Below are positions 1 through 9,783 of a DNA stretch of 64,000 bases, piece by piece. The DNA lies in NCBI GenBank assembly GCA_010909165.1, contig MU008171.1, positions 1 to 64,000 on the forward strand, written 5' to 3'. The translations under genes were made by a program, and so were the position numbers. The DNA is from Anthoceros angustus (Eukaryota > Plantae > Anthocerotophyta). Position 1 is the first letter of the stretch; every line of letters starts with the position of its first letter. The notes beneath the pieces were generated by a model. That model worked only from the letters and a program-made list of their open reading frames with translations, searched no databases and was not told the origin of the DNA.

Positions 1-2139
1 AATTTAATTTTAGGATCACTTATCGCTAGCAAACTCGCCCATAATATCGTAGCCGAGCTCAGATTGTAACACTCCAAAAACCCTCAACTCTAAAAGGATA
101 AATGTGTTTCAATTCACAAAGCCAAATAGCAAGAACTGCCGTGACATAATAATGCTCTTGTGTTATATGCGCAATTGTTTGCGTTCTATTCTTAGATCCT
201 ATGGCCATCATGCTCCCTTGCTCCCTAAATAGTCGAGACACTAAACTACAAAAATGCTCCATCCTATCTCATGTGTACGGGTCGCATCTGGCTAAAATAC
301 ATTCACTGTCTCCCTTCCCCTTCAAATGGTTATATCTACCTCTTAGGACTTCAAGCTCATGGGCTCCCCTCAAATCAGCCTAGATGGTGGCCATATGCAT
401 AGGCCTGTCTATACAGCATCATGTTGGGCCACAGCATGTAGGAGGAAATCTAAACCACAATTTGTGCATCAAAATCTTGTGTCTTTACAATGTTCGGTGC
501 TCCTCTAAGCATGAAGCCATTGTCCACTCCCAGAGTTGAGGAGAATGTTGAGAAATACGTTGGAATCAAACTCGTCGAGGTAGTCGTAATAAACCCTTAA
601 GTCATTTTCTATTTATGGACAAGGTCAATGTGGCATTAGGAGCTAGGCGACTCTACATATCTCGATGCGACACCTCATCGATCATAAAATTACAAATGCC
701 CATTGCTCTTTCAAACTTCAAGAAGACGTTTTAAACAGCAAACAATCCTTAGCTGTACATAGGGTGATCAAAACTCTCGTCCTAGTGGCAAAGTAGACCT
801 GCAAAAATTAGACCACATTCGCGGGCACGGTCATCCAAGTGGGTTGGGAATCTTCTATCCACATGTTCTAGAACCCTAAGCCCGACGCAAAATCCAGAAG
901 AGTTTTACACGTACGTTAATCTCAACTTCTCACTTGAGTTCTATTCTCTCCGAAAAGTTGATGCAACTGGGGATGATCATGAACACATTTTGGTGCATTG
1001 CAACAGGCTTAGGAAGATTGAAGTCGATAAATCTGCTATAAGATTATCCTTCGACTAACTACACTTGGCTCCAGCTAACTGACATGGGGTGCAACCTATA
1101 ACATCCGGTGCGCATCCAACATGCAGGTTGTCGGTGTTGCTCCAGTCTCAACTGTAAGTGCAAGTGCAGCTCACCATGCACCATCCTGCATCCTATGCTT
1201 TAAATTTCTTGAATTTTGATTGTTAGTTATAATTTCGAAAGTTTATTGATTCTCTTCAGTTTTCGCTTCTATCGTCCAACACTTTTTTTGGTTTAACTCT
1301 ATATATATTTTTCTCACTTCTCGGTAGCGAAGATGTCATGAACAAGCCTTGATTGTGACACTCCAAACTACCTTAACCTTAGAAGGCACAATATGTTTTA
1401 ATTTATGAAGCCACATAACAAGAATTGCTTGTATTTGATCACATGATGCTCCTGTGTTACATCAAGGCATTTTGACGTATTTTTCAATAGAACACGTCGG
1501 AATATTATCAAACTCGTGGAGGTAAGTGTAACATGTGATTCTTTGAACATCACCAAAATTTGTTTGTTTCTCCACCAATGTCTCATCTTAACTCTGATAC
1601 TTATATGACTGTACCATGTCGTCAACCAATTGTCCTCCGTACACTAGTAAGACAATTGGTATCACTTGAAGGACTCAACCTTTTACCAACTTACAAAGTA
1701 CTAGAAAATTAGAACTTGGAACTTATAGTGTGTCTTGTTTCCAAGACTTCGTCCCTTGCTTCAGGATCATGTCTTGTGAAGCTAAGGGACCCTATCCTTT
1801 CTTTATATATTTTTTAACTCGTCCCACTTCTTGAGCATGTGCAACTTCCTAAAGCAAGTTGGAAAGCGCCGAGAGTCAATTTTCTTTCATGGTAATGGTA
1901 ATAGTAATGACAATGGCCAAGACGATACCTACTAGCTGGGAGACGGTGGCCCCAATGTGAACAATGCCCTCAAATTTTATGCCAGAAATGTATCAAGGAC
2001 AGACTCACTTTGCCTCCTACCAAGCAATTGGTGGTTTTATACACCCATGAGCCACCGTGCCTCCGACCACCGCTGGCGTGCTAGTCAAGACCTTGGTTTT
2101 TGCTCTCGGCCCATGCATCCGTGAGTTTCACCACACACT

Positions 2140-2289
2140 TTCACCACCGCTACCCACAATTGGGCACACTACACTTCGATCACGCCGCCGGGCTCAATCG
2201 TGCATACTACACACTTTCGACCGCAGGTTGCCGGGGCCCACAATCGTGCACACTACACACTTTCGACCGCTGGTTGCCGGGGCCCACAA
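2140..2289. repeat. Left part of a ~46-bp GC-rich tandem array (unit ~CACAATCGTGCACACTACACACTTTCGACCGCAGGTTGCCGGGGCC)
   Basis: About 3 units are visible. The same unit continues at 8265-8605 on the other side of the copia element. Confidence 0.85.
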
Positions 2290-2449
2290 TGAGAATTTAC
2301 GGAGAGTAGTTTGGTGCAACAAAACTTGATACAAAATAATAAATTGAATACAAAATTGTATGTGTGTATTGTTTAAATACTAAACTCTGAAACGGTTCAC
2401 TTAATGAAACCCTAAGTTCTTTATCCTAATGTTGGCTTTATTTCCAACA
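2290..2449 (-). repeat. 3' LTR of the copia element
   Basis: Direct repeat of 8105-8264. Preceded on the minus strand by the polypurine tract GGAGGGAG (2450-2457). Confidence 0.93.
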
Positions 2450-3099
2450 CTCCCTCCAAAGCAACTTTAGGCATTTAACATGCATTTCCACTGACACGTG
2501 TATTCAAACCCATCACGAATGATCCTCCACACGTAATCATGAACCCAAGCGTAAAACCCTTACGCAAACGACGGACTACGCCCCTCGCAAGTGTCCGCCG
2601 CCAACATCTCCTCGCCACGGCCGCGATCAAGCTTTAACTTCCACGCCCGCCATCGCCATAGATGCGACGTTGAAAGGTCTATGTCGCCCCGAGAAGACGC
2701 ACGGAGAAATAGGGCACGGCCGCCGAGCATGACGGGAGAGGAGGAGATCCGGAAAAAACTCATATGGCTCGATGGGCTGAGGAGCTTGCACAAGACATGA
2801 ACAGCCCAATAAACTCGGACCTGCTCTGTGGACCCAGCACCTCGAGAAGAGGGACCGCACCTGCCACTGACTTCCGCTTTGAGCCGCCGCCCAGTCGCAT
2901 ACCGCGCTTAGCTACCGGCTGTGATCAGGAGCCGGAGCATATCCTTGCCGGAGAAGGCTCGCCATTGATGACGACTTAAGAGTGATGAAGCCATCTTTGT
3001 AGGGGCACTGCATCGCAGGAAGATTAAGTACTAAGGTAAGCTTCATCCTTCGCGACGCATTGGTTCTCTGCTTCTCATGGATCGACGCCGATCTCGACC

Positions 3100-4420
3100 T
3101 AATCGCTGTGGGGCATTATGTGTCTGAAGATGTTGAAGGCACCACTAACAACACCTAGGGAACCTTCGGGTTCCCACCCCAACCTACGATAAGTCACCGT
3201 CCATGTGCATAGAATTCACCAGCCCAAGCCTCGACAGATGCTTATAGTGTTTCACCAAACCCTTTGTTAACACATCTGCCACGTTGTCCTCTGTGCCTAT
3301 GTAACCAACTCACAGCCCACGCCCCAACATCTCCGGCGTAGTGGTGTCAATTTCAATGTGCTTAGTGCGCGTGGAACCTGGATTACCACGAGGGCAAGTG
3401 CGTATATTATCACGAGAATTGAGGTAGGTGCTTGAGTTTGCCCAAGTCATGCGTGTGTTCTTTCCCATTCGGCCTGAAGCATGCAGGATTTATACCGCTC
3501 ATGATGTGGCTATTGAGGACCGCTTTTTGCAAGACCAATTCACTGAGGATGAGCAGGAAACAATAAGTCGAGAGGCTTTTCCGAATCGCCCTGATACCCA
3601 ATCAAGATCCGTGAAAACCAGAAGTGTAAGTTTCGCCCCCCTTCTCAGAGAAAAGTCCATATGTATGGGTACCCTTTAGGTACCTAAAAATCCTCTTAAT
3701 CGCTATCCAAAGGTCTGCCAGTGGTTCTCCAAGAACTCATATCAGATACTAACAAAGCATCAATATCCGCCCGGGTCCAGCTAAGAACAAAATTAAGCTA
3801 CCACGTGTCAGGAGGGTACATCGAGCATATCCTGGACCTCTTCTGGAGTCTGCGGGCACCGTGAACCGTAAGTTTGACCGTCAGAGAATAGGGAGTGGCA
3901 GTGTCCTAGCCTCATCAAGTTTGAATTTCCAAGAATGTCGTTGATGTACTTTGTTGTGAACAATAATCGACCTTCCTCTGTATCCTTAGGACAACCCTGT
4001 GGCAATATCTAAGCTTCCTCCAATGTCCTTCATCTCAAACTTGAGCTCAACATGTGTTTTACTTCGCCTAATGCAGATTGGTCGCTTGTTGCAGGATGAC
4101 GCCATCTACATACAACGCCAAAACCACTTGTCCTCACTGCCATTTATACACATTGGAGTCGGATGTTCGGACGAAGAGATATGTATGAGGTAATGTGCAT
4201 GGTTGTATACCAAACCCTACCCACCGCTTTAAACCATAAATGCATTTTAGTAGCTTGAACTTTGGTGGGGTGTGGGATCCTTATCCTCCTCGTGATTACA
4301 TACAGTCCTCATCAAGAGCACTATAGAGGAATGCCGCAACGCCCATTTGTTGTAGATCCAGTCCAACTCTCACCTGTAGGGATCCTCCATCAAGCCGCAT
4401 CCCCGACGTCACACTGGGCC
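3100..4420 (-). pseudogene. Copia reverse transcriptase (N-terminally truncated) and RNaseH remnants
   Basis: Minus-strand fragments LDLQQMGVAAFLYSALDED, KLLKCIYGLK, LALYVDG, FEMKDIG, and RNaseH-like KHIEIDT...ADVLTK. Many frameshifts. Confidence 0.8.
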
Positions 4421-4588
4421 ACGATCTAATGACAGTCCGCATCATTTGGTGCGAGTCCGATGGATCTGGCGCAAAGAATAGTGGGGCCATCGAAAGAAAG
4501 GTAAGAGTGCATCCGTATCCTCATCCAATGATGCTCCTCGGAGGGGACGCAGCATGTGGAGAGCCGCTATAGATTCCAAAAAGTAACA

Positions 4589-5565
4589 TCATGCTAAGAC
4601 CAAAGCCGTGTCGTAGTCATATAGTTTATACGCTTTGACATGCTCAGAACCCACAAAATGAGAGATCAAGGATCGGTTATCTAACTTTTTGCGCTTGTCA
4701 GCAGGGACAAAAGCAAAAGCCTTGGAGCCGAACACACGTAAGTGAAGTAAACTAGGCTTCCTATTCCAAAACACTTCAAAAGGAGTTTTTCCTTTAACCG
4801 AGCTGGTAAGCACCCTGTTCAAGATGTACGTAGCTGTGATGACAGCCTCTGCCCAATATGCTTGAGGCAAGCCGGCCCACAGCAATATACTCCTGGTCAT
4901 ACCAAGCAAGGTTTGATTTTTGCGCTCGGCAACGCCATTTTGTTGTTGGGTATAAGGGACAATCAACTGCCGGCTAATGCCCTGCTCAGATAAGTAATCG
5001 TCAAAAGCTTGATTGACGAACTCTGTTCCATTATCACTTCGCAGGATCTTGAGCAGGCAGCCAGATTGGCGTTGCACTGTGAGAAGCCAGTCCTTGAAAT
5101 AACTCAGTGTTTCACTTTTCAGGTGCATCGGATACGTCCAGGAGTACCGGCTGAAATCATCTGTCAATGTCAGGTAATAGAGAGCACCCCCAAGGGAAGG
5201 GGTGTGTATCTTCGTAGATATCAAGCATGCACAAGCTCTAACACCTTGGTAGCCCTATGCGTCTTTAGGGAATGGAAGTTCCTTCCGCTTTTGCAAGTAT
5301 ACGACTCACAAATGGGAAGATCCTTGAAACAACTAGGTAAGGGTTCCCGATGACAACCAAGATTAGACAAATCAATGAGCTTATTTCTGTTGGCATGCCC
5401 TAGCCTAGCGTGCCAGAGTGTAGCCAATCGGCTGGATTTCATATTAACGTGAACACCGCATGGTGAGCGCATCGGGAGACATCTTATCTCGAGCCTATAC
5501 AAGCCATGGTCTAGAATCAATGCACAGACATCGAGAGATCTTCTTGTAGAAGCAAGCATCATCAA
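4589..5565 (-). pseudogene. Copia GAG-pre-integrase and integrase core
   Basis: LWHARLGH...C..C motif, then DDFSRYSW, LRSDNGTEF, PYTQQQNGVAERKN, WAEAVITATYILNR and HLRVFGS. Confidence 0.92.
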
Positions 5566-5667
5566 TTACACGTATCTCATACGCGCATCCGCATGATCTT
5601 ACTCGACGGAAGATTTTTCGCCATGTCCGTACGCATGTAACGCCATCGATGTCCCCGCATGGACCCA

Positions 5668-6734
5668 TCATTGAAGAGGAAAGCAGGTACCATATCCTTC
5701 AACTTGCAAGCTTGTGTCACTTCGCTCATCTCCTAACAAGACTTTGTCCTTCATGTGGCGCAGGGCCAACATGGAGAATGTAGTTCGCTGCTGTATATGT
5801 GGGTGGTAGCTCGAATCGAGATACGATACCAACATCATGAACGGTGCTTGTGAGGCATCGCTAAGATCTTCACCGTTGCTTTTCCAAGATCTCCCTTGTC
5901 CTTCACCATGTGCATCGTCTGGTGGGTGCGTCACTGGGCTCCCGCCTTCTTCTTGCGCATGCCCAGTGGCCAGGTGCTCCACACCAATTGCAGTTTCCTG
6001 TTTTCTTTGTGCTTGAAGGAACAGAATCAGTAGCAGTACTTGAAAAGTACTTGCCTTTTGTTTTAGTGGGCTTGAATTTGACTGCCAACACTTTGTCAGC
6101 TTTGGACTTTGTGTTTCCTGTTGTAAACAGTCGGCTTTGTTCCTCCTGATGCAGAGCAGCCACTATGTCATCGACAGTGAGGATGCTTGCATTTCCAACA
6201 AGAATAAAGCCTGATGATGTACGCAGGTCCGTGCAGTGACAAATTGTTGAATTGATGCAAACCGCTCAACAATGACCGCGTGTTCTTCCTCAATCTTATA
6301 ATTGTAGGAAGCAAGCTGAGCATGGAGGTGGCGAAATTTGCTGGTAAAACCTCCCACTTTATCTCCGTCTTTCATCCTTAGAGCGTAAAATTCTTGCCAC
6401 ACAGCACACTTGGTCATGATGTTAGTAACGTGATAGGTTTTGCCGAGCTGATTCCAGATCTCTATACCCTTTGTCAGGTATTCAACGTCAGGAACAAGGA
6501 GTGAATCCAAGCCATTGATGATGACAGCTACAACTACTTCGTTGAGAGCTGTCCACCTGTCTTTATCTGCTTGGCTGCCAGTTTGAGGGTCTCTGCAAAA
6601 CTTCCACCCACAACACTCCAGACTCCTCGGGCTATCAGGAGAGCTTTCATGCGTACTTTCCACACATGGTACAGCTTTCCGTTGAACCTATCCTTTTCTT
6701 TCAATTCTGATGTGAAAGAAGGACCTGTAGCCAT
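5668..6734 (-). pseudogene. Copia gag, zinc knuckle and protease remnants
   Basis: FNGKLYHVWKVRMKALLIARGVWSVV (copia gag N-terminus), a CNWCGAPGHW knuckle, and protease-like HMKDKVLLGDE. Split over several frames. Confidence 0.85.
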
Positions 6735-8090
6735 GGTTTGTCTACTTGTGACGGTACGAGTGGCAGATAATTCCAGAAATAGGATATATCGGCAGCCCGC
6801 AGTCTTCTACCCTCCGGCGAAGTGGAGCTATGATCGGAGTGATCTAAGACTGCACCTAAGCGATGTCGGATGCACTATGCGCTATCTGACGGACATGCGT
6901 AAAATGGCTAAGTCCCTTTCAAAACTATGGCTTGAAAGGAAAAATAACTAGGTTAGTTATGCTCGATGTATTTAATCCTAAATGATACTCATGTGATACT
7001 AACGATGCGTGTCCGGGGCTAGTTGAGGGGACAGGAGGGATGGATCGATGTATTCTTCCTAACAGTTAGCTCCGATCCGACTTCCGGATGCGAAAAGGTG
7101 TAAGTGTGAAAAAAGACACAACTTTTCAAAAGTATCGTTTGAGTTCTTTAGTTAGGGTTTCTAACCGACACTTCTTAGTCTTGTGAATGTATATGTCGCT
7201 TGATGGACCAAACAAAAGCAAAGAGATGCAAGCAGCCAAGAGTCGAATGCAATTGTGACGCTTTGAATCCACGCCAAGAGCCATCACGACGATGCGCACC
7301 GCTCAGCGTCTCAGGGCTCGCCCGGTGCAGGTCACAGGATGGAATCTCCGCTCGCTGGCAAGAATTATGTGGAAAATCCTTGGCCAAGATCCATCGCACG
7401 CATCATTCCAGCAATCTGTGAGATGTTTCTGTCAAGTTCTGGAAATTTGAGTGTCGATGCAGACTTGCAGGCGAGCGACACCGTCTCTCAGGATGTGCTG
7501 ATTGAAGAGGAGTTTCTCAAGGGAAGTCCCTAAGGGAACCTCCACTGAAATTGGCTTGTCTTCAGCCAATCTCACAACTTGCTTCTTGTAGGAAGTAGAT
7601 TTTCCAGCAGCAATTGCGTCGTCTTCTGCAGATGTTTCTCCCCTCAGCCACCTAATTGTCCTGTTGTAATTTGGATGATTGCAGACTTCATCAAAAGCTT
7701 GTAATTCCCAGTCAGCAATAGGACAGAATTTAGGTGTGTTGGGGAATAAGGCTGAAATTGTGGACTCCTCCTCGGCACGCTTGACAAATGGTTGAGAACG
7801 AGGATCAGGCTGGTTCCTAGCAATGCACCGCCTTGTGAGAGGAATCTACTTGAGGTTCTCAAGCTGCTGCCGATGGCACGCGCCTCGAACTTGCAGGCCC
7901 TTTCTAGCAACCACCTGCTTAGCCAGATGTCGGGTAGTTAGCCTCGCATGCATCCGTCAGTAGTCTGAGGAACTCGGTTTGTGTTTGTAGCCTACTAGTA
8001 CTACCACAACGCTGCCTCCTTTGTTGACATCGATCCGCACGAGGTTCACCCCCGCCGTGCATTATGCCTTGAGAAAAGTAGAGAGCATTT

Positions 8091-8104
8091 GGAGCTCGAT
8101 ACCA
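8091..8104 (-). promoter_or_regulatory. Primer-binding site (tRNA-iMet type)
   Basis: Minus strand reads TGGTATCGAGCTCC directly after the 5' LTR. This is one base short of the canonical TGGTATCAGAGC. Confidence 0.8.
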
Positions 8105-8264
8105 TGAGAATTTACTGAGAGTAGTTTGGTGCAACAAAACTTGATACAAAACAATAAATTGAATACAAAATTGTATGTGTGTATTGTTTAAATACTAAAC
8201 TCTGAAACGGTTCACTTAATGAAACCCTAAGTTCTTTATCCTAATGTTGGCTTTATTTCCAACA
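8105..8264 (-). repeat. 5' LTR of the copia element
   Basis: Direct repeat of 2290-2449. Followed on the minus strand by the PBS. Confidence 0.93.
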
Positions 8265-8605
8265 CACAATCGGGCACACTACACACTTTCGACCGCCGGT
8301 TGCCGGGGCCCACAATTGTGCATACTACACACTTTCGACCGCAGGTTGCCGGGGCCCACAATCGTGCACACTACACACTTTCGACCGCCAGTTGCCGGGG
8401 CCCACAATCGTGCACACTACACACTTTCGACCACCCAGCACGGGCCCACGCGGTACACTACACACTTTCGATCGCCGGCTGTCGGGCCTACCGTGCACAC
8501 TACACACTTTCGATCGCCGGCTGTCGGCCCACAATCGCGGCACACACTACACTTTCGATCGCCGTCGGCCCACAAACGCACACACTACACTTTCGACACG
8601 CCGCT
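8265..8605. repeat. Right part of the ~46-bp tandem array (~8 units, degenerating rightward)
   Basis: The core CACACTACACACTTTCGA recurs every 41-46 bp. Confidence 0.9.
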
Positions 8606-9005
8606 GCATTAATCGCACCTAAACGCCATATTTAGGGCGTTTAGGGTGAGGTTGTATTTTGCAACATCGCCGTCGCAACTCACAAAACACAAAACACAAA
8701 GGGCCTACCCTTCTGTTAATGCACGTTTATCACCGTTGATTATAGTTTTGCGTGGCTTTTTGTTATTGATGCAATCGGAGCCTGGCAGTGTGTCAGACAC
8801 CATCAGCCCTCGAGGGTATCAGACACCACCAGCCCTCGAGGGTAGGTGATGCTCTGACACCACTGCCACAGCCACATTGGCGCCATAGTGGTGCAACCAC
8901 CTCAATACCACCGGCGAGTGTAAAACATTTACGAAGGTGTCTGCCAATAAGAAAGCGTCATGTTGCCACCGGCGGTGTGATGTAAAACCACCCTAAGTGC
9001 AAGTA

Positions 9006-9536
9006 CAGTCGGCCCCCCCTAATTGGGAATTCTATAAATGGGATTCCTCTCTAAATGGGACCTCCCATCCTACTCCCTTTAGTTTACAATGTAATAAATG
9101 GGACTTTTCCCTAAATGATAATTGGGACCTTTTGAAACATACATTCATGTTAGTTTCACCTCCTAATGGGATTTCTAATTTTTACTAAAAAATTTAAAAA
9201 AGAAAGGAAAAGAATCCATTATTTGAGAGCACAATAGACTTTTAGGTGTGATTGAAGACTCTTAAGCTAAGCTTTTTCCTTTATGATAGATAGAGGTTTT
9301 TGATGTCGCTAGAGAGAGTGCTAGCTTTCAAACAACTATATAAAGAACTGGTAAAAGTTATTTTTAGTGAAACCTATCAATCAAAATTTAAATTTTCTTT
9401 TTTTGAGTATTTTTTGATTTTTTAAAGTTTATAACATTTTTATTATTTTTAAATAGGGAAAATACAATCGGGACACTTCCCTTAATGGGACCTCTAAAGG
9501 CACTCCGAACCAGTCCCAATTAGGGGGGGTGGACTG
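9006..9536. mobile_element. Tc1/mariner-type MITE (531 bp)
   Basis: Terminal inverted repeats CAGTCGGCCCCCCCTAATTGGGA / TCCCAATTAGGGGGGGTGGACTG. TA at both flanks (9004-9005, 9537-9538). Repeated subterminal AAATGGGA motifs. No coding capacity. Confidence 0.8.
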
Positions 9537-9783
9537 TACATACAAAAGAGACATTTTTAGGTTTATACGGGAACTTCGAGTTGCACGACGTAACTCCAAG
9601 TAGCCGGTGGCTCTTGTGTCCAAATGGCTTAGTCTACAATAAACTTCTCTTTCTCTTTTTCAAATGGACACATATTAAGTGTGTTTAGGCTACTGGTATC
9701 ACGTCTTGTCCGACAAGTATCTACTTAGACGTCCAGCCACATGTAGTACGTTGCGCGCCTCATCTTCCGCCAGCGGTTCCTGT

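Larger units (their letters stand above)
2290..8264 (-). mobile_element. Ty1/copia LTR retrotransposon, degenerate and internally deleted
   Basis: 160-bp LTRs at 2290-2449 and 8105-8264 (TG...CA on the minus strand, 2 mismatches). CACAA TSD at 2285-2289 and 8265-8269. PBS and PPT present. Domain order on the minus strand is gag, zinc knuckle, protease, integrase, RT, RNaseH. Confidence 0.95.

Noticed and set aside
60-1400. TGTAACAC/TGTGACAC starts and fragmentary reading frames suggesting an old gypsy LTR or transposase
   Set aside because: No paired LTR, PBS or diagnostic protein motif could be established by eye.
8265-8605. CRISPR-like appearance of the 46-bp repeats with a constant core and variable ends
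   Set aside because: Eukaryotic context, no unique spacers of constant length and no cas genes. It is a degenerating tandem repeat.
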